From a virus, in IMG/VR virus record IMGVR_UViG_3300021091_000059, positions 6,089-70,088 of that record: a DNA stretch of 64,000 nucleotides; one strand, 5' to 3'. Of the stretch, positions 38,707-48,190 are shown piece after piece. The notes under the pieces are model-generated. The model saw nothing but the letters and a program-made list of their open reading frames with translations, did not search any database and was not told the DNA's origin. Each line of letters opens with the position of its first letter. Position 1 is the first letter of the stretch. Made by a program: the position numbers and the translations under genes.

Positions 38707-39564
38707 ATGAAAGACATAGTGGTTGGTTGTATTACTGGTTATAATTTTGAGAAAATAAAACCTTGGGTTAATTCATTAGACACCTGTGGTTTTACTGGCA
38801 CCAAAGCCATGATTTGTTATAATGTTGATTATGAAACGACTGAAGAATTAGTTAAGCGTGGTTACACCATTTTTGCATTTAAGAAAAATGATGAAGCTAA
38901 ACGATTTGAATATAAAGATAATTTCTCCATCGTTGTTGAACGATTCTACCATCTCTGGTATTTCTTAAAAGGTCTCAAAGGACAATATCGTAACATCATT
39001 ACAACCGATGTTAAAGATGTGGTCTTTCAAACCAACCCATCTTTATTTTTAGAACGAGTTATCAAAGACGGCAAAAAGATTAATGTTGCCTGCGAATCTA
39101 TTCATTATAAAGATGAAGATTGGGGTGATAACAACTTATTGAAATCTTTTGGTCCGCTAATACACGAACACAATCGTAACAATCTTATCTACAATGCAGG
39201 CACAATCTCTGGTGATTTTGACACTATGATTGACGCCTTTCTAAACATCTATCTATTATGTAACGGTTCAAACCCATTTATTGAAGGTGGTGGTGGGCCA
39301 GACCAAGCTGCACTCAATGTTTTATTACAATTAGAACCATATAAATCAATCACTAATTTTGCCATGAGTGAAGATGGTTATGCAGCTCAATTAGGTACCA
39401 CAGGTCCACAAATACAAAATAAATATGGTGATAAAGTGGTAGAAAAAACACCAATTTTAGTGAATAATATGGTTTGCACTAGCAACGGACAGGTATTCTC
39501 CTTGGTTCACCAATATGATAGAGTGCCTGAATGGAAAGAATTGATTGAGAAAAAATATGCGTAA
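38707..39564 (+). CDS. Glycosyltransferase-like protein
   Basis: TTDVKDVVFQTNP (DxxD), YNAGTISG, DQAALN and HQYDR. Confidence 0.7.
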   Translation: MKDIVVGCITGYNFEKIKPWVNSLDTCGFTGTKAMICYNVDYETTEELVKRGYTIFAFKKNDEAKRFEYKDNFSIVVERFYHLWYFLKGLKGQYRNIITTDVKDVVFQTNPSLFLERVIKDGKKINVACESIHYKDEDWGDNNLLKSFGPLIHEHNRNNLIYNAGTISGDFDTMIDAFLNIYLLCNGSNPFIEGGGGPDQAALNVLLQLEPYKSITNFAMSEDGYAAQLGTTGPQIQNKYGDKVVEKTPILVNNMVCTSNGQVFSLVHQYDRVPEWKELIEKKYA

Positions 39565-40303
39565 CATTATCTTTGTACCTGTAGGCCAAGAACTATCATT
39601 CCATGAAGCGTATGATAAGAACAATCATTGGCGTTACACTAAATCTAACAGAGATTATGAAGTTATTGCTTATCAATATAAAGATTTTGATATTGAACCA
39701 GACACTTACGATTATTTAATTAAAGATGTTGGTTTCAAATGGGATTTAGTAAAACATTTCCTTGATACTTTTGATTGGCGAGATTATAATTATATTGGTT
39801 TTTGGGACGATGATTTGGTTACAGATATTCAAAGTGTCAATCGTGGTTTAGAATTAGCAGAAAAACATGATATGAAACTTTTTCAATTATCAACACTTGC
39901 AGGTTCAGCATCTTCTCATGCGGTGCTACATCAAAATAAAGAATGGGTTTATAGTAGAACTAATTTTATTGAAGGCATGGCACCATTCTTTCATACTTCA
40001 TTGATACCGATTCTATTAGATTTTTGGGAATATCATAAAGTTTATAGTGGTTGGGGATTTGATATGGTGTTTTCATCCATCTGCCGTGAAAAGGCTGGAG
40101 TAATACACGAAGTTTCAATGTATCATCCAGATAGACCAAGTAATTATGATAAACACAAAGCCTTCCTTGAAATGGAAGAAATACTCAACAAAGTTTATCC
40201 TAAATTTATGCAAGACAAATATGGCACACCTGACAAAAAGGATATTGATTGGTCAGGTGCTCAAAGACACGAAGTTGTATATGAATTCACACTAAAGGGT
40301 TAA
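39557..40303 (+). CDS. DUF707-like glycosyltransferase
   Basis: GFKWD, YIGFWDDD, TNFIEGMAPFF and SGWGFD. Confidence 0.65.
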   Translation: MRNIIFVPVGQELSFHEAYDKNNHWRYTKSNRDYEVIAYQYKDFDIEPDTYDYLIKDVGFKWDLVKHFLDTFDWRDYNYIGFWDDDLVTDIQSVNRGLELAEKHDMKLFQLSTLAGSASSHAVLHQNKEWVYSRTNFIEGMAPFFHTSLIPILLDFWEYHKVYSGWGFDMVFSSICREKAGVIHEVSMYHPDRPSNYDKHKAFLEMEEILNKVYPKFMQDKYGTPDKKDIDWSGAQRHEVVYEFTLKG

Positions 40304-40305
40304 AA

Positions 40306-41424
40306 ATGGATGTTATTAATGTAAGTAAAATTATCAAACCAAAAAAAGAATATGTGATTGATAATCAAATTAGAGGCCGTAGTTATTCAAGTAATCACGC
40401 AAAGTTACTTAAACACATGGATCGCCTGATTGATTTACAACAAGGTAAACGACCTAGACCGGTCATGTTTCATATGTCACCTTGTAATCCATGTAATCTA
40501 ACGTGTTCATTCTGTTGTTTTGCTAATCGTGCCATGACAGAAATGCTTACGGTTGAACAAATGAAATCAGCCATTGACCAATTTACAGCCCTAGGTGTTA
40601 CTGGTATGGAATTTACAGGCGGTGGTGAACCGACACTACATCCAAAATTAGATGAAATTATTGAATATGGTTATAACAAAGGCCTAAAAATGGGTATTTG
40701 TACCAACGGTTCAAAACTTAAAAAGATTAAAAATTGGCATATGATGTCATGGGTTCGCCTAGGCATGTATTCATGGGACGAAAAGAAACCATACCCATAT
40801 CATCTTGAAGTGTTTGATGGGTTAGACATTGAAATTTCAGCCGCATATGTTTGGGATGGCGCCACAGACACCTCAACGAACCCAAATATTACGGGTGAAT
40901 GGACAGATAACCATGCTAAAAAACTTGCAACCAATGAATATAAAGAAGAAAACTTTATGAAGATGTTAGCTTGGGTTGAAGAAAAGAAAATACCAACACG
41001 GATTGCTTTTAATGCAATTAAATCCACAGACATTGTTGCAAAAGATATTGAATCAATTAGAGTGTTAATTGGTAAACATGAAGAAAAACATGGTAAATTA
41101 CAATACGCTTTCTTATCAGATTTTAACTTCAAAGGTACAAGAAGAAACAATCATTGTTATATGCACGGAGTAAAACCTTGCGTGTTCACCGATGGTAATG
41201 TTTATGTTTGTCCTTCAGCCGAATTAGCACCAGAAAATAATTATCAAGTCAATGATGAATTTAAGTTATGTGATATTGCTGGTATTACAGACTTTTATAA
41301 TTCACAAGTTGGTGGGCCTGATGTTTTTAGAAGATATCATGACTGTTCATTCTGTAAATATGCTTATCAGAATGAATTGATTGATGATGTATTAATGCCA
41401 ACTAAACATAATGAATTTGCATAG
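40306..41424 (+). CDS. Radical SAM protein with SPASM/twitch-like C-terminus
   Basis: CNLTCSFC, FTGGGEPTL, DGNVYVCP and CSFC. Confidence 0.88.
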   Translation: MDVINVSKIIKPKKEYVIDNQIRGRSYSSNHAKLLKHMDRLIDLQQGKRPRPVMFHMSPCNPCNLTCSFCCFANRAMTEMLTVEQMKSAIDQFTALGVTGMEFTGGGEPTLHPKLDEIIEYGYNKGLKMGICTNGSKLKKIKNWHMMSWVRLGMYSWDEKKPYPYHLEVFDGLDIEISAAYVWDGATDTSTNPNITGEWTDNHAKKLATNEYKEENFMKMLAWVEEKKIPTRIAFNAIKSTDIVAKDIESIRVLIGKHEEKHGKLQYAFLSDFNFKGTRRNNHCYMHGVKPCVFTDGNVYVCPSAELAPENNYQVNDEFKLCDIAGITDFYNSQVGGPDVFRRYHDCSFCKYAYQNELIDDVLMPTKHNEFA

Positions 41425-41432
41425 GATATAAT

Positions 41433-42053
41433 ATGAACTTAAAAAAAGTGTTTGATGAAAAGTATTTTGAAGATGGTGTTCGTAGTCGTGTAAGTGCCTA
41501 TGAAAATTATCGTTGGATGCCAGAGAGAACCATTCGTGAAGCCTCTTCAATCATTAACAATATACAATTTGATAATGTATTAGATTATGGTTGTGCCAAA
41601 GGTTTCATGGTGTATGCGATGAGATTACTTGGTAAAGAAGCTTATGGTGTTGATGTATCAGAATACGCTGTCACACATGGCCATGAAAAAGTAAAACCAT
41701 ACCTTTCAGTCATTGAAACAACTGAAGACATCAAGGGTGGCTGGGATTTAATTATTGCTAAAGATGTTCTTGAGCATATACCTAAAGAACAATTACCTGA
41801 AGTGTTGGCTGCATTTAGACGCCGTTGTAAATATCTATTTGTTGGTGTTCCACTTGGTGATGGTAAACGATATAGAATCCGTGAGTATGAAATGGATGTC
41901 ACTCATGTTGTCCGTGAACCAGAGGAATGGTGGTTAACCACTCTAGTTGAAGCTGGTTTTAAGATTAAATATTTTGACTATCAGTTTGGTCATCTCAAAG
42001 AAAACTGGACAACCAGCCATCCACACGGTAACGCATTTATTGTTGCCGAGTAA
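41433..42053 (+). CDS. Class I SAM-dependent methyltransferase
   Basis: VLDYGCAKG, GVDVS and DVLEH. Confidence 0.88.
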   Translation: MNLKKVFDEKYFEDGVRSRVSAYENYRWMPERTIREASSIINNIQFDNVLDYGCAKGFMVYAMRLLGKEAYGVDVSEYAVTHGHEKVKPYLSVIETTEDIKGGWDLIIAKDVLEHIPKEQLPEVLAAFRRRCKYLFVGVPLGDGKRYRIREYEMDVTHVVREPEEWWLTTLVEAGFKIKYFDYQFGHLKENWTTSHPHGNAFIVAE

Positions 42054-42634
42054 TGGATCATTTCTACAAAAAAATACAAGAAAAAACATTCTTCAATTAT
42101 GAAAATGTTTATGATTATGTTATCAAACAATATGATACAGCCAAATTTGTTGAAATAGGTGTTTGGCGTGGTCAGTCTGTTTGTTATGCAGCCGTAGAGA
42201 TTATCAATAAAGGCAAAAATATTACTATTGATGCCGTTGATACTTGGGAAGGTTCGCCTGAAGAAAATCTACATTTCAAAGACCCATTTGAAGAAGAAGG
42301 GTCACTTTATAACATCTTCCTCAAGAACATTGAACCAGTCAAACATATTATCACTCCTGTAAAAATGGATAGCGTCCAGGCCTCTTCCAGATATGAGGAT
42401 AGGTCATTGGATTTTGTTTTCATAGATGGTTCTCATCTATATGAAGCCGTTCTGGCAGACATTCACGCATGGTTACCCAAAGTTAAGATTGGTGGTTTCC
42501 TTGGAGGCCATGATTATGGTAACATGGGTGAACCACTTAATGGTGTGCAAAAAGCCGTTGATGAGATTTTTGGTGACGATAAAAGAACCTATAATCCTGG
42601 CTGGGGCAGTTGGTTGCATCATCTAAAAGCATAA
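42053..42634 (+). CDS. Methyltransferase (Methyltransf_24-like)
   Basis: VEIGVWRGQS, VDTW, FIDGSHLYE and GHDY. Confidence 0.85.
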   Translation: MDHFYKKIQEKTFFNYENVYDYVIKQYDTAKFVEIGVWRGQSVCYAAVEIINKGKNITIDAVDTWEGSPEENLHFKDPFEEEGSLYNIFLKNIEPVKHIITPVKMDSVQASSRYEDRSLDFVFIDGSHLYEAVLADIHAWLPKVKIGGFLGGHDYGNMGEPLNGVQKAVDEIFGDDKRTYNPGWGSWLHHLKA

Positions 42635-42671
42635 ATAAACGATAATAATTAACTGCTGTAGAGGCGGAAGA

Positions 42672-44582
42672 ATGAAGTTTATAGACTTTTTAATTAAAGA
42701 ATCAAAAGATAGACATGCCGTTTTGGCCTTTGGAAGGTTTCAACCACCTACGACTGGTCATGAGGTTCTTGTCAATAAAGTCAAAGAAGTAGCAAAACAA
42801 CATAACGCTGAACATCACATCGTTTTATCACATTCAAACGATCCTAAATCTAACCCTCTCACAGCAAAACAAAAAGTTAAACACGCTAAACGTTTCTTTC
42901 CAAATACAAATATTCGCACTTCTAATAAAGAACATCCTAACTTTTTAACACAAGCTGCAAAACTACACAAGTCTGGTGTAACACATTTACACATGGTTGC
43001 TGGTTCAGATCGCATACCAGAGTATAAAAGAGTGTTAAAAAAATATAATGGATCACATGAAAGTGCTTTATTTAATTTTAAAAATATTCAAATTCATTCT
43101 GCTGGTGAACGAGATCCAGATGCAGAGGGTACCACAGGCATGTCAGGTTCTAAAATGAGAGTTCATGCAGCTTCTGGTAAATACAGAGAATTCAAAAAAG
43201 GTGTGCCTAAGCACATATCAGATGGACACGCAAAAGAATTATACCACGATTTGCGTAAGGGTATGAATATGAAAGAAGATATTAACGAAACATTCAATGA
43301 AGTATTAAATGAAGGTGTCCATGACCAAAATATATTCAAGGCTGTGTTCCTTGCTGGTGGTCCAGGTTCAGGTAAAGATTATGTATTAAGTAACACACTT
43401 GAGGGCCAAGGCCTAGTAGAGATTAATTCAGATAAAGCTCTTGAATTCTTAATGGATAAAAAAGGCCTTGATAAAACAATGCCTGCTACTGAAAAAGATA
43501 AAAGAGATATTGTTAGAACAAAAGCAAAAACAATTACAGAATTAAAACAAAGATTGGCATTATTAGGTCGTAATGGTTTGATTATCAATGGCACAGGTGA
43601 TGACTATGAAAAGATTTCTCGTATCAAAGAGAAACTAGAAGAATTAGGATATGAATCAGCTATGATTCTCGTCAACACAAATGATGAAATATCCAAACAA
43701 AGAAATATTGAAAGAGGTCAACGAGGCGGCCGTGTCGTTCCTGAAAATATTCGTAAAGAAAAGTGGGATAGTGTTCAACGCTCAAGACCAGAATTTGCAA
43801 AACTATTTGGTCAGAATTACATAGAGTTTGATAATTCTGAAGATTTACGCCAAGCTTCACCTGAAGTAGTTAAAGCTAAAAAAGAAGAATTACTCCAACT
43901 CTATACAAACATACAACAATTTGTAGGTAGACCGCCAGCTACTGAAACATCGCAACAATGGGTGGCTACACAAATGCAAGCTGTTGATACATTACCAATT
44001 GCAAAAAATGGTGCTGAAAAAACACCAGATATTGGTTCAAAAGCTGCACAAGAGGCACAAAGACTTGGTCTACAATATTATGGTTTTGGTCGTTACGGAC
44101 AAAACGGCGAAGTTACATATCGCTCGGTTCATGATACATTAGTAAAAGTTGTAAAACAACCAACAGAGAAACCTATGAAAAAAAATATCAATGAAGAATT
44201 TGAAAACTTCTTAAGTGAAGAAAAATATGTTACAGATAAATCTGGCAATAAAAAGGTTTACACGCTTCGTTCACATGCAGCTTCAGAAGCACACAAAAAA
44301 CAAGGCGTTATATATAAACATAAACAAGGGTATGTGATTAAATTAAAAGAATCTATTGACAAAGGTATTGAACCCGGTCTATCCATGGCGGCTTCAGGTG
44401 AAAGTCCAGATAGAGATATGGGTGAAAAAATTAAAAAGAAAACAGGTAAAGCTTCACAAGTAGCAGAAACAATTGGTGATGGTGGTGAAATGGCAACATC
44501 AATGTCAGATCAAAAAGAAGGTGAATTAAAAAGAAAAGGTATTTCATTATCATCATTCAAAGCTAAAAGGGCCATAGGATGA
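42672..44582 (+). CDS. Cytidyltransferase-like + P-loop (zeta-toxin/PNK-like) kinase fusion; capsid-targeting N-terminus
   Basis: FGRFQPPTTGH, VAGSDR and MSGSKMR; then KAVFLAGGPGSGK, INSD, INGTG and RGGRVVPE. Confidence 0.8.
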   Translation: MKFIDFLIKESKDRHAVLAFGRFQPPTTGHEVLVNKVKEVAKQHNAEHHIVLSHSNDPKSNPLTAKQKVKHAKRFFPNTNIRTSNKEHPNFLTQAAKLHKSGVTHLHMVAGSDRIPEYKRVLKKYNGSHESALFNFKNIQIHSAGERDPDAEGTTGMSGSKMRVHAASGKYREFKKGVPKHISDGHAKELYHDLRKGMNMKEDINETFNEVLNEGVHDQNIFKAVFLAGGPGSGKDYVLSNTLEGQGLVEINSDKALEFLMDKKGLDKTMPATEKDKRDIVRTKAKTITELKQRLALLGRNGLIINGTGDDYEKISRIKEKLEELGYESAMILVNTNDEISKQRNIERGQRGGRVVPENIRKEKWDSVQRSRPEFAKLFGQNYIEFDNSEDLRQASPEVVKAKKEELLQLYTNIQQFVGRPPATETSQQWVATQMQAVDTLPIAKNGAEKTPDIGSKAAQEAQRLGLQYYGFGRYGQNGEVTYRSVHDTLVKVVKQPTEKPMKKNINEEFENFLSEEKYVTDKSGNKKVYTLRSHAASEAHKKQGVIYKHKQGYVIKLKESIDKGIEPGLSMAASGESPDRDMGEKIKKKTGKASQVAETIGDGGEMATSMSDQKEGELKRKGISLSSFKAKRAIG

Positions 44583-44980
44583 AATCGTTCAAAACTTACA
44601 TTACAGAAAGATGCTGGGACGGCTATAAAGCTGTAGGTCTCAAGAAAAAAGGAGATAGAATGGTACCTAATTGTGTACCAGTTTCCGAATCTCAAGAGTT
44701 AAGTGAAGTGGCTGCATGGCAACGCAAAGAAGGTAAAAATCCTGAAGGCGGTTTGAATCGCAAAGGTATTGAATCATATCGCCGTGAGAATCCAGGTTCA
44801 AAACTTTCTATGGCAGTTACAACAAAACCAAGCAAACTAAAACCAGGTTCAAAGGCCGCTAATCGCCGTAAATCATTTTGTGCTCGTATGGGAGGTATGA
44901 AGAAAAAATTAACCTCTACAAAAACTGCCAATGATCCAGATAGCCGTATTAATAAAGCGTTAAGAAAATGGAATTGTTAA
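44579..44980 (+). CDS. Basic internal-head-type protein (DUF6321-like)
   Basis: CWDGYK..VPNCV module; GGLNRKG...RRKSFCARM...RKWNC. Confidence 0.6.
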   Translation: MKSFKTYITERCWDGYKAVGLKKKGDRMVPNCVPVSESQELSEVAAWQRKEGKNPEGGLNRKGIESYRRENPGSKLSMAVTTKPSKLKPGSKAANRRKSFCARMGGMKKKLTSTKTANDPDSRINKALRKWNC

Positions 44981-45007
44981 TAAAAATTAAAACTTAGGAG
45001 AATCACA

Positions 45008-45901
45008 ATGAACCTCAAAAAAGAATTAAGCGGAGTTGCTGAGGCAGTCATCAAAGTAATGGAAGCTGAATTATCACCAAAACAAAAAGCAATCGCTAAA
45101 CTTGCTGAACCTAAAGATAAAATTGATGGTAGCGATTTAGCAAAACTTCGTGCAGGTCATAAACCTGTTAAAGAAGATACAGTAGATGAAGGTTACTATA
45201 AAAATATTGACACTAATCGCAAAGAAGATGAGCGTTTAGCTGCACAAAAGAAAAAAGAACCACCATTTACACCAGATAAACCTGCTAAAAAGATTGCTAC
45301 TGCTGGTAAATATGGTTATGGTTATTCAGCGGCTCGTCATTTAGCACGTCAAGGTATGGCAGGTGTGACTAAAGAAGAAACAGAACAAGTTGAAGAAGCG
45401 ATTACAAAAACAGCTACAGGTTATATTCACCACGCAAGACCGGGTGTATATGGTGGTTCAGAGAAAGAAAAACATGTAATTGATACATTAAGAGGTCCAA
45501 AGAAATCAGAATTAAATGCTATTGAAAAGGAAAAGAAAATGAAAAAATCATTTAGCGAAATGTTAGATTTAATTAATTCACAAGGCCTCAAAGCTTTGTC
45601 TGAAATGATTAATGAAGAACCTGATAATGAAACTTTCACAAAAGAACTTAAAGACCAAGAAGCAAAAGCTGCAGGTAAAAAGAAACAAGCAGACATAGCA
45701 AAAGGCTCAGTTCAAGCAGTTAAAATTGAAGAAGAAGTTGAACAAATTGAAGAACGTTCACTTACAGAACCAGAAATGAAAAAGAAAGAAGAAATTGTTA
45801 AATCAATGAAAAAAGGTTTAGCTGGTTTCAAAGCTCGTTACGGTGACCGTGCAAAAGAAGTAATGTATGCAACTGCTACGAAACAAGCTAAAGGTGAATA
45901 A
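45008..45901 (+). CDS. Charged modular hypothetical (probable internal head) protein
   Basis: AGGAG RBS; modules separated by xxE sites; C-terminal VMYATATKQAK. Confidence 0.55.
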   Translation: MNLKKELSGVAEAVIKVMEAELSPKQKAIAKLAEPKDKIDGSDLAKLRAGHKPVKEDTVDEGYYKNIDTNRKEDERLAAQKKKEPPFTPDKPAKKIATAGKYGYGYSAARHLARQGMAGVTKEETEQVEEAITKTATGYIHHARPGVYGGSEKEKHVIDTLRGPKKSELNAIEKEKKMKKSFSEMLDLINSQGLKALSEMINEEPDNETFTKELKDQEAKAAGKKKQADIAKGSVQAVKIEEEVEQIEERSLTEPEMKKKEEIVKSMKKGLAGFKARYGDRAKEVMYATATKQAKGE

Positions 45902-47017
45902 ATGAAGTCTTTTCTTAACCTACACGAAGATTTAAGAAAATGGTTTAGTAAAACTGATCCTGCTGGTGATTGGAAAAGAATCAACAGTAAAGGCGAGGTT
46001 GTAGGTCCGTGTGCAAGAGAACCTGGTGAACCAAAACCTAAGTGTATGTCTAGAGAAAAAAGAGAATCTCTTACTAAAAAAGAAAGAGCAGCTGCTGTTC
46101 GAGCTAAAAGAAAACATGATCCAGACCCTGAAAGAAAAGGCAAACCAATCAATGTTTCTAATTTTGGAAAAGGAAAGATAAGCGAAAATATGGAAAACTT
46201 AAACGAAAAAAATGTACCAACAAATCCAGAACTTTGGTCTCGTGCTAAATCGTTAGCTCGTTCTAAATTTGATGTATATCCGTCCGCATATGCAAATGGC
46301 TGGGCATCAAAATGGTATAAATCAAAAGGTGGTAGTTGGAAAACGGTTTCAGAGGAAATTAAAGATGAATTTGATATTGGTGAATATGACCAAGAAGGCG
46401 ATATGGCTAAATCAGATTTGCGTTCAATCATAGTTAATGCAAAACGATTACATGATATGATTGAAGATTCTGATAATCTACCTGAATGGTGTCAAAACAA
46501 AATTACTTTAGCAGAAGATTACATTTCAACAGTTGCTAATTACTTAACCGCTGAAATGAATGAAGATGTAGAACAAATTGATGAAATCACTCGAAAATTA
46601 GCAGGCAATTACTTATCAAAAGTTACACGACAAAATTTACAAAAACATGGTATGCAACCTGATATGTATGGTAAATTAACTAAAAATAGACAACAAGGGG
46701 TTACTAACGCATTTAAGAGGTTACAAGTAGATAAAGAGGGTAAACCAGTTTATCATCTTGTAACGAAAGAAGAAACAGTAGAAGAATCCCGTGGCCATAA
46801 AGTATTGTCAACATTCTTTAAGAATCGTGAAGTTGCACAAAGAGCATTTACTGGTCAAAATAAACCGGTTGAAAAACCTAAAGAAGAGAAAAAACCAGTC
46901 AAAGAATCACGCAAGGCTGAAATTGTAAAAGATATTATGAAAAAGAAAAAGTCTGATAAGTTTGAACCAGAACCAGAGTTAAGTAATACTCAACCCAAAT
47001 CAGACCGGACTGTATAA
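45902..47017 (+). CDS. Modular basic protein (DUF5872-like modules)
   Basis: DLRKWF...PKC, KFDVYPSAYANGW and LPEWCQNKITLAEDYI modules. Confidence 0.6.
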   Translation: MKSFLNLHEDLRKWFSKTDPAGDWKRINSKGEVVGPCAREPGEPKPKCMSREKRESLTKKERAAAVRAKRKHDPDPERKGKPINVSNFGKGKISENMENLNEKNVPTNPELWSRAKSLARSKFDVYPSAYANGWASKWYKSKGGSWKTVSEEIKDEFDIGEYDQEGDMAKSDLRSIIVNAKRLHDMIEDSDNLPEWCQNKITLAEDYISTVANYLTAEMNEDVEQIDEITRKLAGNYLSKVTRQNLQKHGMQPDMYGKLTKNRQQGVTNAFKRLQVDKEGKPVYHLVTKEETVEESRGHKVLSTFFKNREVAQRAFTGQNKPVEKPKEEKKPVKESRKAEIVKDIMKKKKSDKFEPEPELSNTQPKSDRTV

Positions 47018-47031
47018 TTATTTGGTTGTGT

Positions 47032-47039
47032 TATAAATA
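47032..47039 (+). promoter_or_regulatory. T4-type late promoter TATAAATA
   Basis: Exact consensus upstream of ORF 47077. Confidence 0.75.
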
Positions 47040-47076
47040 TATTATCTAATTAAGTAAAAATCTAGGAGATATTAAA

Positions 47077-47418
47077 ATGGCTTTATGGTCAAATACAGAT
47101 GCAAATACAAGCGTACCAAAGTTTGCACCTTCATTAGTTAATTTAACTAATACACAGAACAACAGCAACTTAATGTATGCAAATACAACAGCTAGCGCTT
47201 TCATCGCAGGCGAAACTATCGGTGTTTTTGGTGTTGATGCAACAGAACAAAGCGTTGCAGCTAATCCAAAAGGCGGTCATGCTGGTTGGGTATTATTAAA
47301 AACAGGTTCAGGCGGTCGTTCAGGTCGCAAACATGTAGAAACTTTAGTGGCTATGGGTTCTATGACAGGTGACGGCGGCGCTGTTGCTAATGACGATGTA
47401 GTTTTCGCAGATAGTTAA
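47077..47418 (+). CDS. Probable virion structural protein
   Basis: Late promoter, AGGAG RBS and strong codon bias; MALW...HAGWV...GR...ETLVAM. Confidence 0.6.
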   Translation: MALWSNTDANTSVPKFAPSLVNLTNTQNNSNLMYANTTASAFIAGETIGVFGVDATEQSVAANPKGGHAGWVLLKTGSGGRSGRKHVETLVAMGSMTGDGGAVANDDVVFADS

Positions 47419-47420
47419 TT

Positions 47421-47795
47421 GTGGACTTTACACAGACGATTATAGCTCAAGGGCCTAATGCGCCTATTTCTATCACGGATGAAAAAATCCGTGAGGGTAT
47501 TAATCGTCAATTAGATAATGAATTGAATGATATGATTCTTTCTCCAGAATCTGGTATTCAGAAAGTCCGTAAAGTGCTATATCGCTATGGTATAAACATT
47601 CCAGCACTTTACGGAACTGATCCAGAAGGAGACGAAATCGTTCTTGATTTAGATGAAGAAAATGGTAAATATTATTTGTATTTAATTTATGTTCTCACCG
47701 ATGATAATCGATATGAATTTTACGCTGAAATTATAGATGAAGAAAATTTAAATGAAATAGAATCGGATGAGGGGGAAGACGAAGAAGAAGAATAA
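47421..47795 (+). CDS. Acidic hypothetical protein
   Basis: ORF packing; GTG start. Confidence 0.5.
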   Translation: MDFTQTIIAQGPNAPISITDEKIREGINRQLDNELNDMILSPESGIQKVRKVLYRYGINIPALYGTDPEGDEIVLDLDEENGKYYLYLIYVLTDDNRYEFYAEIIDEENLNEIESDEGEDEEEE

Positions 47796-48187
47796 TGGTC
47801 TTTAATGACTTAAATAATGACAATGTGACAATGTATGCGATGAAAGCTTATGATAGACCAAATTGTATTATGAGTGAGTTTAAAGATGATATGAAGAGAT
47901 TCAATTATCTTAAACGTTTATTCAAAAGATACCGTAAATTTGATGAGCTTCGTGAACGATTAGTTTTAAATCATCTAGTTGTTCTTTATAATGTTTTTGG
48001 TCCAGAAGCAGCAACTCGCTTGCTATTTTACAAAATGTCAAAAGACGATTATTCATCACTTAAAACATATTTGGTGTTTTTAAGTATGATGCCTGATCGT
48101 GTTTTTGGTATTAAAGGTCAAGATATAATTTCTTCAGAAATACAAATAGATTTTAAAATAGTCAAAACATTAAGAGATATTAAATAA
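47795..48187 (+). CDS. Conserved T4-like hypothetical protein
   Basis: EFKDDMKRFNYLKRL and ERLVLNHLVVLYNVFG. Confidence 0.65.
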   Translation: MVFNDLNNDNVTMYAMKAYDRPNCIMSEFKDDMKRFNYLKRLFKRYRKFDELRERLVLNHLVVLYNVFGPEAATRLLFYKMSKDDYSSLKTYLVFLSMMPDRVFGIKGQDIISSEIQIDFKIVKTLRDIK

Positions 48188-48190
48188 AAA

